Assembly (NCBI GenBank): GCA_003971905.1
Contig: RSEE01000030.1
Location: 62,001 to 126,000, forward strand
Direction: 5' to 3'
DNA length: 64,000 nt
From: Moniliella sp. 'wahieum'
Taxonomy: Eukaryota
The translations under genes were made by a program, and so were the position numbers. The notes beneath the pieces are model-generated. The model was not told the DNA's origin. It made no database searches and worked only from the letters and a program-made list of their open reading frames with translations. Position 1 is the first letter of the stretch. Every line of letters begins with the position of its first letter. Shown piece by piece: positions 1-12,613 of this stretch.

Positions 1-517
1 CTGTACGCCGACTGCGCCGCGAGTCGCTGCGTACGGGCTCGTATCCAATCACGGTTCGTCACCTGGAGAGCATGATCCGCATGGCCGAGGCGGCAGCCAA
101 GATGCACCTTCGAGAGTACGTGCGTTCGGACGATGTGGATGTGGCGATCAATACGCGGTGCAATCGTTTGTCAGTACGCAAAAGACGTCGATCAAGAAGC
201 GCTGGAGCGCGGGCTGCGCAAGTACATGCACACTGCCGCCGACAGCCACGAACTGCTCTCGTTCCTGCTGGGTGGACTGGTCAAAGACAAGATGCGTTTC
301 CTGGCCCGCGGCCCCGCCGCGACCGCACGTCGTCGCGGCGGTCAGCAGGGCGATGCGACTGATGTCACCATCCCTCTGGCTGAGCGAGACGCGGCGCGGG
401 AAGTGGACGTGTTTGATGTGCGTCCGTTCCTTGCCTCGCGTCTTCCAGGCCAACGGATTCCGCTTCGATGCTGGTTCCAAGACGATCCACCGTCGGTTCA
501 ATGTGACGGCTGCATGA
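1..517 (+). CDS. MCM2: DNA replication licensing factor MCM2, 3' part (5' end outside window; frameshifted)
   Basis: Stitched frames read [71 protein letters not shown], the MCM lid (PITVRHLES) plus an MCM2-type C-terminus. Confidence 0.9.
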   Translation, partial: CTPTAPRVAAYGLVSNHGSSPGEHDPHGRGGSQDAPSRVRAFGRCGCGDQYAVQSFVSTQKTSIKKRWSAGCASTCTLPPTATNCSRSCWVDWSKTRCVSWPAAPPRPHVVAAVSRAMRLMSPSLWLSETRRGKWTCLMCVRSLPRVFQANGFRFDAGSKTIHRRFNVTAA

Positions 518-825
518 GTGGGGTTGGGTTCGCACCAACCTCACGCTCTAGCATCGAGATTCCGCTGGAGATTCAGCTTCAGCTTGACCGCTTGCCAGCG
601 CGCCCCGTGGCTGGCCAGAGTCTGTGTACATGTACGGTAGCCCGACGGGTGTAACATATGTAAGAATCGATTGAATGGCTCCTTCTATGCAGATAAAAGA
701 TGGCCGTGCTCGTAGCGAAACTTACACACTACGCGTCCAATCACCCGCCGATACCTATCCAGCTCACGCATCCACTAACGTTTCCGTCTCGTGTCACTGA
801 TTCGCGGCCGAGACAAAGACAAAAG

Positions 826-3800
826 TTAGAAGATAGATTGGTACCTCACCGGCCACCCCACATCTTCCCCGGTCACGGCATTGTCGACAGGCAGGGCACG
901 AGCCCAATCGGGTATGTCGTCGCACAAGGCGGCGGTGGAGCACAAGTCGCGCGCGGCCACATGGAGGAGCGAGAACGGGGACGACGAGGACGACGCATCG
1001 GGCGGAGGTCCACCAGGGGAGGGAGAACCGACTGCCTGGCGGTCTGCTTGCGCCTGTGTTGAATGTGCACTGTCCCCTTGGCCGTGCCATTGCTTGTCTT
1101 GCTCTTGGCCTTGCTCTTGGCCTTGCTCTTGGTCTTGCTCTTGGCATGCGCGTCCTTCGGATTGAGGCTCGAGTTGGGGGCCGGGCTGTTGCCAAGCCCA
1201 TGAGGCGGCGGGGGAGGACCCGGCGCTGGGCGGGACGCGGGAACGCAAGGGTCCGCCTGTAGCATGACAGCCAAGACCGGGTCGAGGACCGGGGTGGAGC
1301 GGGGCAGGGGCTGGTGGCCAATCCAGTGGGCAAACCAGTGGGCAAACCAGTGGGCTCGGGGAGGGAAGGGTAGAGACGGACGGGGGAGGGGACGACGCGC
1401 GGTCCGGGTCGACTCGCCCTGGTCCCCGTGCGAGACCCGATGGGAGGTCCGAGGTGAACGTTCCTGTTCATGCTTATTCTCATTCTCATGGTCACGGTTA
1501 TAAGTACGGTCGTAGTCATGGTCATGGACATGGTCACGGTCACGATCACGATCACGATCACGATCATGGTACGGCGATGGGGTCCCATTGGCGCGCCTGG
1601 GCCAAAGCCTGGTAAGCCAAGGGGGTACTTTGTCCCAAATGTTCGCTGAGCGCAGCCATGGCCGCGGCCAACGCGTCGTCCCACGAAGCGAACGGGACGA
1701 GGAAGCTTGGTAAGGACTGACCTAGCATCTGGTGCACGTGCTCAAACGAGCGTACGACACTGGCGAGCGAACGGGAGTAAGAGGGAGGAGTAGTGGCCAG
1801 CGGCGCGTCAGCGGGCAGCCGATGCGCCAGGTCCACGAGGTCGGCCTGGAGCAGTGGGCGTAGGTAAGTTGCTGTGTCGGCGGTACACTGTAAGTTGAAC
1901 ACCTCTTCTTCCAACAAGTGTTTGCCCGCCAAGAGCGCTAAGGAGCACAAGCTCGGCCCGGGTATCCAAGGCGTAAGCGTGCGGCTTGGGTGGCGCCCAA
2001 AAGGTCTGGATGGCTTGGAAAAGTGTTGGGCGGCGTTGCTGCGCAACGTGTGGATCCATTCGATCATCTCGCGCGTCTCAACGGGCTCCTTGGGCCCTAC
2101 CAGCACCCGAAGCAGCCGTTCTTCTGCCTCGAGCAGCACGCGCGAGGTGCGGTGCGGCCGGAGATAGGCCTGGGCAAGAGGAAGGTTGGTCATGGTTACC
2201 GCCGCCGGGTGCCGGAGGAAGAGGACGAGGACGGGCGCGGTGACTTGAAGCATGTTCAAGTGTTCTTCCGCAGTACCCAAAGTCCAGATTCCCTTGACCA
2301 ACCCGCCCACCGCGTGGTTGGTGAGATGAGTGTCGATCAGCAGTTGCTCGGCAGAAGGTGGGGAAGGAGGGCAAAGGGTAGGAAGGGGGTCAGACATCAA
2401 TGCTAGGCCACAACGTGGGTGAGAGGGAGAGAGAAACATACCCGCTTGTTGCCGACCACGATCAAACTCGCGAGGGAGTTTCTTGACGGCGCGCCGGAAG
2501 CCCGGGATGACGTCCGAGTGGGCCATTTGGAGGAGGGTGACAGAGCCCTGGTGAGTCGTCGGATCACTCTTCTCGCCCCGAGCAAGGTACACGGCATTCT
2601 TACGCGGACGACCGCGTCGACGTTGAAACTTGAGTGCCGACGCGCGTGCCCAGATCACCCGGACTTCCTTGGCCAACGTGAGCATCGTCGCGGCACCGGC
2701 GGCGCGGGCGTAGGTACGTCCTGCGCCTACCGCCCGCAACACCGTAACCTGCTCCGAGCGCGACAGGTGCAATGGTACCGCCGCCCCTTCCCCCCCTTCC
2801 TCCGCCACCTTGTCTTCCCCGTGGCAGTGGGGGTGGGGGCCGTCGTCGTCGTCGTTATCGCCTTGGGCGTTGTTGCAGCCGGACCTGAAGTCCCGCCACG
2901 ACGGGTCCTTCGTCGTGGAGGCGTGGCGGGCACGGTGGATTGCTCTAGGGATCGTACCCGTGCCCGGCTTATCTCGGTCTTGGCCCACGACACGACTTTT
3001 TCGGCTGCTGCAATCGCCTCGTCCACCACTTGACCCACATCCTTCTCGCCGCGGGCACAGGCGAACGCGCGCGCGGCCGGGGGTAGGTGCCGCAGCAAGT
3101 CGTCCGGGGAGAAGGCGTACATTGTCGCCGCTTGCAGTTCGGCAAGGTAAAGCGCACGTAACTCGCCCCACCTGTCGTCCTCGGTGGCATCAGAAGGAGA
3201 GGAAGCAGGAACCGCACCAAAGGCAGTTAGGGCGGCCAATAGGAATTTTGTCCCACCACTTCCGGGGTGCGCGTGAGGGTGTACATGGGCGCGTGCGTGT
3301 CGGGTGATCCCTGGGCCAAGGGCGCATAGAGATACAGGAGATAGAGAGCTTGGGTCACGCACAGAGGGCCCACCGCACCATCTGAAGTGGAAGGGCCAGA
3401 AGAAGTCGAGCCATTAGGCTCACTTGCCCCTCTGTCCAAAGAACTCTTCGGGGAATCCCCTGTGGTAGTGGGTACGTTCGCCTTCATGTCCACCGTAGTG
3501 AGCAGGGTCAAGGCCCAGTCCTGAAGCAGACCGGAAAGTTGATCTAGGAACGCGTGGAGCACACCCTTAGCTACCTCCAACTCGGATGGAGGCTCAGGTT
3601 CCGGTTCAAGTTTCGGCTCAGGTCCCGGTTCAAGTTTCGGCTCAGGTCCAGGTTCAGGTCCTGGTTCAGGTTGGCCAAGCTCTGCTCTGGCTCCTGTCCT
3701 GTGCCCTCCGTGCGTTTGCGAATGCTCCCCCCCATTCTGGTGCTCATGTTCATGTCCCTCATGCTCCTCCTCTATCCCCTCCACGTGCCCCTCCTCATGC

Positions 3801-5677
3801 TCATGCTCTGCTCCTCTTCCTTCTCAGGCTCAGGCACAGACTCATGGTCACGTTGCTCCTCCGCCTCCGCCCAGGGCCGGGCAAAACGGCCACTGTCCTT
3901 CGGTTTTTCGGCGTTTCTTGCCGCAGACCAGCTACCCGGCGACGTGGCCGTTTTCGTGGTCGTTCCCTGGGCTGGGGGGGACCGCAGCGGTTGTGGCCGG
4001 GGCCGAGGCCGAGCAGGAACAGAAAGAAGTAGAAGTAGAAGCAGAAGTAAGCGCAAGTGCCGCTTGCTTGCCGTTGGTAGGTGGCTGACGAGCCTGGGTG
4101 GTATGTGTGAGGGTGGTAGGGTAGTGCGGGAGAGGGAGAGGGAGGCAGGCGACCCGGAGCCGAAGCAGTATGACGAAGCGCAGCGGGAGGCAGCTGGGCC
4201 AAGCGCCTTCGTACGCCAGTTGGATCAAGAGCAGGACAAGGATACGAGCTTCGAGGTGGGGCAGCAAGGACACATTGTTTCCAAGGCAACAGACCCGGTA
4301 CCAGCGCCCACACCCCGAGCACACTATCTTCCAATGCGGTTTCCACGTCGGTCAGGGTCTCCTTTCCTGTTCCGGTGCTGTTTCCTTTTCGGTCGCATTC
4401 GCGTTCCCCCCCTCTCGCGGGCTCAGCAGCATCGTCAACGCCCAAGACGGGGGAGGGAGCAAGCGCAACGCCCAACCCAGTTGGTCGGGCGGGTGGACGC
4501 CCAACCGGTCAAAGAAGGAAGTGGGGGCGGGGGCAAACCCAAACCCGAACCCGAACCCGAAGTAGCAGGAGCAATGGCAGACAGTAGTAGTGGTAACGGC
4601 AGGACTCGCGTTGCTGCCGGCGCTTTGACATCCGCTGCAGCATCCGCATCAGCATCCGCTTGGCGCGCCAGCACCAGACGACTAGCTTCGCCCCAGAGCC
4701 AGCCGGGCGGGGCGACCATGGAAGTAGCCATGGCGTCCAGGTCGGACGGGCGGGCGGGCGGCGCGGGCGGGCAGCAACGTCCATGTCCAGCGGCAGGGGG
4801 CGAGATACGTCCGAGACGACAGGCGACGAATCGGGCGGGGGGGGGCAAGGTCACGCCGACGTTTCGGGCCGGTGAGGTCGCGCCAGGGCGCGGGAGCGAG
4901 AGCGTGGCCGCGATGGGGCAGGGGCGGGGGGGGGAGCAGGGGCGGGAGCCGAGGTGGGGGCCGTACCGGACGGGTGGATCCAGTGCAAGGTGCGCAGGGA
5001 CCGAGACGATGGCGCCTGCCTCGGGCTCGTGGGACAAGACGAAGCCCGGGGGTGGCGGGGGGGCGGGGGCGGGGTGGGCGGAGAGCCGCCTTGCGGGACA
5101 AAGCCCAAGGAGACGGGCGGAGGGTAGGTGGTGGGCGGCGGGAGAAAGTAGCTGGTATCAAACCTGGGTTCGAGCGCGGCGCGTGCTGCTCTGGCCCCAG
5201 GCGGGGAGCATCGAGGGGGCGTCGGAGGCGTAAGAAGCGGGCAAGGCGGCCACGGGCGCTGGGGCAGCGGAGCGGGCGGTGCGGCGGTGCGGGCGTGGCA
5301 GCGTGGGACCGCATCGCGTCCGTCGATGGCGGGGCGGAAGGCGGGGCGCGCTGGGACGCGACGCCCAGCTGAGCGCCGACCGATCGGGGCGCGGCGAACG
5401 CGCGGCCGCGCCAGGGGCCCTGCGCGCCCTGTGCGCGACGCTTCGTACCGGTTGGGACCACACGACGCACGCGAGGTTCAGGCGTTGGCAGCGCGCACAC
5501 CGCGCGGCGCCTTCGAGCGGCGTGTGCGACGGCATGGTCCGCGCCGGCAGCTGGCAGCGCGCCTTCTTTTTGCGACAGGCGGCGCAGGAGACGGGGTGTA
5601 GGCCTCCCGCTTCCGGTCGCCCGATTCGGACCAGTCGTCCGCGTCGGCGCGAGGGGGTGAGCGGGGCTGGCGGCCAT
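826..5677 (-). CDS. Zn(II)2Cys6 fungal transcription factor, long and low-complexity-rich; start and single-gene extent uncertain
   Basis: SCAACRKKKARC-x18-CARCQRLNLAC binuclear cluster at about 5470-5600. Protein-like minus-strand segments continue to ...PDWARALPVDNAVTGEDVGWPVRYQSIF* at 826. Probable intron about 2348-2441 (GTATGT..CTGAC). TATA-like run at 6481-6491. Could be two genes. Confidence 0.65.
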
Positions 5678-7019
5678 GGCGCAGAGTAGGGGCAGGCCAA
5701 GGGGCCAGAGACGGTGGTGGGGGTGTGCGTGCGGGTGGGGGTGGGGGGGCTGGCGGTGGCGATGGCGATGGCGGTGGCGATGGCGATGGCGATGGCGGCG
5801 GCGGTGCTGGGGACGATGGCGACGCGCAGGCAGCGCTGGGGCGGAGGGGAAGGGTTGAGCCCGCCTCGCCCAGGCTGCCCAGCAGCAGGCGTGGGGGCAG
5901 GTGTGCGCCCGGTTGGCACGCGTCGCGTGCTAGCCAGGGGGGGACGGGGGAGAGGCAGGTGGGGCGGTGGAGGAGGGTTGCTGGTGCTGGTGGTGCTGGT
6001 GCTGGTGATGGTGACGGCGGGAATGCTGGCCGTGGCGACGGTCAACTGGATCGTCGCCGCGACGCGTCCCGCCCTCCGTATATCCCATCCCCTCTCTCCC
6101 GGCGGTCCGGGGCGGCAATTCCATTCCAACCTCTATTTTTGTGTTTCTATGCCCATCATGCCCATCTGAATTGAAGCGGAAGAACCCGCGTTTCCCGACC
6201 CTATCAGGCGCCGCGCCTGGGCCCCACAGCCAACAGCCAGCATTGTGGCATTGTCCATTTGGTTGGCCCAGTGTAGGAGGCGACGCCAATCGGGAGGGAC
6301 AGGACACATGAACAGGCAAGCCCACGGCGGATCGGCCCTGGGTGGTTCGGGTGACGCCTGCGGCCAGACCTCTGCCCCAACCCAACAGCAGGCCAAGGGT
6401 GGGGCGCCACAACGCAGGGAAACAACCATGGCAAAGCCAGGATGACAAAAAGCGGGCTCTGGTGAAGCTGGGGAAGAGAGATATATATATAACGAGCGTC
6501 ACCCCGAAATGGGAAAGTGCAGGGAAGGAACAGGAAGGGAAAAGAACAGCAAGGGAGGAAAGGAAAGAAAGGGAAAGGAAGAACAAGAGAAATGCAACCG
6601 AGAAATGCAAATGCAAATGCAACGACGGCAAGCAAGGTATGTGGGAGGGGGGCCGAGACCTAAGTGGGTGGGGGGGAGCCCCAACGCAACGCAACCCAAC
6701 CCAACGCAACGCAACAGGAAAGACAGAAAACGGCAAGGAAGCAAAGCACGAGGTAGGACGCACAGCGCGGGGGGGGGGGACCGACCGTTAATCCTCTCAG
6801 CCGAGGCCGAAGCCGAGGCGCACGGACCCCGCCCACGCCCACGCCCGCGCCCCTGCACCCCCACCGGCGCACCCATCCGCTCGGTAGCCGGTAGCCGCGC
6901 CGCACACACTCGATTCCAAATTCACCACCGCCTTGCGTCCTGCGCACCAAGCACCAAGCACATCATGTATGCCCACACTCACATGTCACACCAGTCCAGC
7001 ATCCACTTCCCGCTTCCGC

Positions 7020-7089
7020 TTTCCACTTTCCACTTTCCCGTTTCAGCTTTCCACTTTCCCGTTTCAGCTTTGCACTTTGCACGTTCCAC
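7020..7089. repeat. Degenerate heptamer tandem array (TTTCCAC/TTTCCCG/TTTCAGC/TTTGCAC) x10, including a 21-bp duplication
   Basis: tttccac tttccac tttcccg tttcagc tttccac tttcccg tttcagc tttgcac tttgcac gttccac read directly. Confidence 0.85.
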
Positions 7090-7120
7090 GTGCTGGCTTG
7101 CCCCTGCCGGCGCTCAGCGC

Positions 7121-9428
7121 TCAGCCGTCGGCCAAGTGCATCGTGGCGCGCGGCGGCGGGCAGGGCAGGGTCAAAGCTCGAACTAGACAGCGGAGGGGGT
7201 AGCTGTGCAGATGCGGGTGCAGGTGCGGGCGGGGGGAGCGTAGGGCGTGCGGGGGGGTCAGCCCAGGGGACTGGCGTGGCGGGCGGGAGATTGGCCGGTC
7301 GTACGGCCTGGACGGGCGGGAGCGGTGGGAAGAGCGGGAAGGCGGGCTGGGTCGGTGCGCGTGCGCGTACGAGGGCGCGTGCGACGTAGAGGTGGAGGTA
7401 GAGTAGGAGTGGGAATGCGAGTGGGAGTGCGAGTGGGAGTGGGAATGCGAGTGAGAATGCGAGTGGGGCGGGGAGTAAGGGTGGGAGAGCGAGGGTCCGC
7501 GTCGTAGTGCGAGCGAGGACGAGGGCGCGTACTCCGAGGCCGAGGTGGACGAGTAGAGTGTGCCCGAGCCAGAGAAGGAGAAGGAGGTGGCGGGCAAACT
7601 GGGTCGTGTGCGGCGCCGTTTGGATCCGGCCGTAGCGGCGGATCGGTCACTCCCTCCGCCCGGGCTGAACGCACGCAGTCCAGATCCTCCTGGCGCTACG
7701 CTAGCAGCCGGCGAAACGTACGTCGAACGGTCCTGGGGCGAAGGCGAGGTGCAAGCCGAAGCAGAAGCGGATGTCACGGCCAAAGGGGGCGAAGCACGTG
7801 TCTGTTCCGCAGAGTAGGCATGCGCATCGACGAGGAACTCATCGTGGGCGCGTTTACGCTGCAAGCCCAGAGCGCGTAACCGATCCACCCACAAATCCAC
7901 CCGATCCAACGACTCGCCAAACACGACAGTCACGTTGCGCAGAATATCCAAGCTTTCAACCGTGAGGGTAAACACCTTGTTGGCCGCGACGGCGGTGCGT
8001 TGTGCCTCGCCTTCTGGGCCCGACGTGGCGCCCGCCCCCGCCCCCGTACCTGCACCTGCACCGTTGACCGAGGCCCATCGAGCCGGGAGCGAGAGCAGGA
8101 ACCCCTTGACGGTGGTGCGCGCGGCCGAGGGGAGTGCGGCGCCAGCGTACTTGGACACGACGTCCACCACGCCGCGAATGGTGTGCACCACATCGCCCTT
8201 GATCTGGACCAGGTTGGCCGCGAGCGGCGCGTGGGCCAGCTCGGACGAATCCAATTCGCCATGGTTGATTCGGACCATCATGTCGCGCAAGGAGGTGATG
8301 TTGTGTTCGAGATGCGCCGTGGCATATTGCAGCCATTGCAAACAGTATTTCAGCGATTTGATCGATTCGGGCCGCGCGGCAATCGCCGGTCAGACCGCCT
8401 GCCGTCACGCCAGCTTCGACCAGCATGCCCGTCAGCCCCGATCGTCCAGGTGGCTCAACGCGGCGGGCGGAAAGGAGAGTGGTGGAGGCAGGGGGCGCGA
8501 CAGTGGCAGGCACTGGATCCACGTCGCAAGAAGAAGAAGAAGAAGAAGGCTCGCAGGAGGGGTATGGGTAGGTACCACCGGATCCTGCTGGGTGGGAAGC
8601 AGGAGGGGGACCTGCGGGGCCCCGGTAGCGTAACCCAGAAGACTCGTGGGGGCGGGAGAAGGTATCGAGCTAAAAGAGGGGCTAGGACGTGGGATGCGGC
8701 AAGCGACCCATGCTGGCGTCCAGCTCGCGGCCAGGAGGGGGGAAAGGGAAGGACGAGCCAAGTCGGGCCGGCGAGCATGCAGGACGTAGAGCCAGGCTTG
8801 TGCTCTTGCTCGTCTTGGTCGGCAGGAGAGAGGTGAGCCCAGGTCGTGGCACGCTGTTCGGCGACGGTGGCTTGGATTTGCTTGGTCTCGTGGGGCGTCA
8901 GGACGCGGTGCAAGGCGGCGGCGAGCTCGGGGCCGTCGGGGCCGGTAAGAAGGTGGGTGGGTCGTTCGTTGGAGGAGGAAGGGTAGATCCAATCGAGCTG
9001 GCGACGAGCAAAGCCATCGAGCAGCTGCACATTCGACTCGCCCAGCACGCCGCCCACGCGGGAGATGACGGGGCGGCCGAGCGACTCGACCAGGTCGGCA
9101 CTGTACTTGACGAGCATGCTGGTTTGCTTGGCGCGGGAGTAGGCATCGAGGGTGCCGCGCACGAGGGGGTGGCGGCCGAGCAGTCGGGGGCCGCGTGTGG
9201 GTCGGGCGGGGCAGGCGGGGTGGCGGTGCGGTCGGACAGGGCGGCGTCGCTGGGGACGGCGGGGGGCGGGGGGTCTGAGTCGATGGTGGTGGCGGAGGTG
9301 GCCGGCGGGGGGGACGCGGGGCGCTCGTCGAGGCGGAGGGTGGAGAGCTGGCGCGGGAGGTGCTGGGCGTCGGCGGGATGGAGCACATGGCGGATGTGCA
9401 TGCGCTTGGGGCGGGGCGCAGACGCCAT
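7121..9428 (-). CDS. OPI1: Opi1-family transcription factor (frameshifted)
   Basis: AYSRAKQTSMLVKYSADLVESLGRPVISR..LDGFARRQLDWI; SLKYCLQWLQYATAHL; IKGDVVHTIRGVVDVVSKYAGAALPSAARTTVKGFLLSLPARW; KVFTLTVESLDILRNVTVVFGESLDRVDLW. All are Opi1-domain blocks. ATG at 9428. Confidence 0.85.
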
Positions 9429-9801
9429 GGCGGCGGTGGTGGGGGGGGGAAGGGTGGTATAACAGGTGGGTGGTCTGGCGACACGTGACGGGTGGGTGTG
9501 ATGTGTGACAGCGGCCGAGACAGCTGACCTAAGCACAGCAGGCTCCAGCGCGCACGGGGGCAGCCACGCGCTTTCACATGCCTGCGGTGCCCCAGCGCAG
9601 CCCATTCAGCATTCCCGCCCGTCTCGGGGGGTTGCATGTTACATCCATTCACTATTCATATTCAGTGAGCATGGCAGCATCAGTACTTCTACAGTGCATT
9701 CGTCTTGCTCTCCCCATCGCATGCCCATCCACTCCCACAGCAGATAGACCTGTCCCACGCCAATCCCATCCATGGCCAGGCCAGCCCCCAACCAGATGTA
9801 G

Positions 9802-12398
9802 CTAGTGCGACCACTGCGCATGCAACGTAGGTTGGATCCGCCGCTTCTTGGGCCCAGCCGCATTGTTGCCCAGCGCAGCCGCAGCCGAGGGGGCGGGAGA
9901 GGTGCAGCGGCCGGGGCAAGAGCAGGCACGGGGCCGGGCACAGCTGGCACGGGAGACGCCACGCAGGCCAGAGGCGGGTCCAGCTCCATCGGTTCGTCTG
10001 CAGGGACAGGCGCATCAGCCCCCGCCTTCTCCGCCACGACAGCATCCAGCGGGGCAGGCCGGGGCGACGGGGCCGGGGCCCGCGCGGCATGCGCGGCATG
10101 GAGGAGCGGGTCGAAGGATCCGGACCAGGGGGTGCCCAACTCGTGCGGGGCAAAGCTGATGGCGGAACAGTATCCGTCGCGGGAGCTGAGGAAGAGGAGC
10201 TGGCCATCGGGGCTCCAGCTGAGATCCGTGAGCGGCGCATAGTGCAGTTGGCTAACAACGGCAAGCGGGGCAAGCTGTTGCGTGTCGTGCAGCCAGATCG
10301 AGTCGGCGGTCCCGATCGCATACACCAGTCGGTAGGGCAGGTCGAATGCGCGTGCCGGGCCGGACACGGGCGCGGGAACACCCATGGGCCACTGCGCCGT
10401 GGAGCGCAGCGCATAGCGCACCGGCGAAAACCGAATGATGAATGGCACTTGGCGCACCGCCACTTGGCCCACGGGGTGTGCGTGCGTCCAGCTCGCACGC
10501 GAAAATACATGCGCAGCCGCCGGCGCCGCACCTGGTCCGGACACTGGCGCTGACACTGGGGTGGGCACTTGCCCTGGGGCTGGGACTGGGACCGGGCCCG
10601 AGGTCGGCGCACCCGAGCCGAACCCGAACCCGTGTCCGTCGTGTCCTCCGCCTGCGGCGGCACGACCGCCATGCCGGGGCGCGTGATGAGCAGCGAGCCG
10701 TCGGGAGCAAAGGCCAAGCGACGGAAAAAGGGAGAGTAAGTTTCGTCGCCATACAGTTTCGACGCGCCGCTTCCCGACGACGCGCCACAGAGGGGGCATA
10801 CACTTGACTGCTTCCAACACGGCTCGCCAGGGCGCCGAACTAGGAGCCGAGGGCGTCGCCACCACACCCAGTGGGCGCCACACGGGGGGGAGGTGCAGCA
10901 GGCGCGGGCGCAGAACCCGACCCTGACCCAGAATCAGGCACAGGCAAAGGTGGTGGCCGGGGGGAACAGGGAGGGGATGACAACGAGGAGAGGGGGTGAG
11001 GGGAGACGAAGGGGCGGCAGGGATGGAGTAGGTGAAGGTGCAGCAGGGATTTCCGTTGCCAAAGGTGCCGGCTGGGTCGGGGGGGGAGGCAAACGGTATC
11101 CGGGGGGCGGCGGTAGCGGCAGCGTAGAAGCGGCGGCAGTAGTAGGGGGGGTCGATGGCGAGGTTGCGCGGGGGTCGCAGTCGCGGTGGGCGCGCGAGGT
11201 GGGCGCCAAAGTTGACACTGACGTTGGTGCCGCTGCCAACGCAGTTGGTTTTGCCTTTTTGCGTGCGACCAGCACGTTGACTGGGGCAGGAGCCTGTGCA
11301 GCAGGTGCCTGTGCAGCAGGTGCGGTAGGTGCGGCAGGTGCGGCAGGTGCGGCAGGTGCGGCGCCGCGTTCCGAGCGACCAACGTGTTAACGTGGCCGGG
11401 AGGTGGGTGGGAGGGTTGTGCAGCGGGGGCTTGGGCGAGGGCGGCCAAGGGGGGAGCTTGGTCGGAGCGCGTGACGGCAGGCCCGTTAGGCCTGGACAGG
11501 CGGTAAATCAGCACGCTCGATCGGCCGACTGGGACGCGAGGAATTGCCCGAGCGGGTCCCAGGCCAAGCCTTGGACGCGGTGCGAATGGTCACTGATGTG
11601 GTGCAGGACCGAGCCTAACGGGGAGGGAGAGGGGGAGGGAAGAACCCAAGGGTGGCGTTAGCGTTCGCGAGGCAAGAGAAGAAAATAGAGGGAAAGAGGT
11701 CAGGGAGGAGGGAAGCGAGAGCGGAGAGGAGAAGGAGGAAACGTACCATCGGTAGCGGACAAGATCCGGACCGAGCCGTCAGTTCCGGCCGCTGCGACGG
11801 CGGATCCGTCCGGGGCCCAAGCGAGGGCGTACACTTCGGTCGCTGCGGGTCGAGCGGCGCGTGGTCGCCACACTTCCTTCTCAAACATGGCGTCCACTCC
11901 GGACGCGGCGGCGGAAAGGCTGGAGCGGCGGCGGGCCGAGGCCGAGGCCGAAGCCGAGGCCAAAGCAGTGGCCGTGGCAGTGGTCGAGGCCGAGCCCGTG
12001 GGTACACCTGGTCCTGCTGCGCCTTGCCCGGCTGGGTCGGGCGCCGGCTCCCAAAACAACACGGCACATCGTCGCTGCGCTGGCCAGGCGCGGCACACCG
12101 AGAAGCGAGGCCAGGGAAGGAGTCGTGGCGGGTTGTGACGGTCGAGGGTAGCACGGTACTCGATGCGCGGCGGGCGAGGCTGCCCTGACGGCGAGGGATG
12201 CAGGAGCCAGATGCGCACAAAAGTTGTCGCCGCCGGCCGTGGCGACTCTCCAGGCGCGGATGCCAGCGCCCGCGGGGGCGGCGGGCGGGGCGAGCCGACG
12301 CCCTCGGCCGCAGCGTCGGCCGGGGTGTGGTGGATGGAGCAGGCATACACGGGCTTGGTGTCGTGCCATCGGATCTCGAACGTCTTGGTCTCGACCAT
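9802..12398 (-). CDS. CAC2: Chromatin assembly factor 1 subunit B (p60), WD40
   Basis: MVETKTFEIRWHDTKPVY N-terminus; LYGDETYSPFFRRLAFAPDGSLL; FDLPYRLVYAIGTADSIWLHDTQQ..LHYAPLTDLSWSPDG..SSRDGYCS; C-terminal KKRRIQPTL. Intron about 11615-11746 (GTACGT..GCTAAC..TAG). Confidence 0.9.
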
Positions 12399-12613
12399 GG
12401 TCGCGGAGGGGGCGGGGAGGGCCGAGAGGAAGCACACGGGGGACAGGACGCTTGGTCTTGAGTCTGAGGGCGACGGGCGTCCTTCTGTGCTGCGTTGCCT
12501 CGCGTCGCGCCGTGAAGACAGGGGGGGCGCGTTACCTAAGCACCGCGCCTTGTGCGGGGGGCTACCGGGGTCAAGTAAGTTAATTAGCCAGCAGCCGAAA
12601 CGCCGTCCAGCCC

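Noticed and set aside
3554..5233. Long plus-strand ORF (559 aa) and many similar long ORFs, e.g. 20724..21503 and 59605..60333
   Set aside because: Antisense shadows of real genes in GC-rich DNA, with low-complexity translations and no motifs.
7815..7850. DEFLVDAH in Opi1 as an FFAT motif
   Set aside because: Spacing does not match EFFDAxE and there is no acidic upstream tract.
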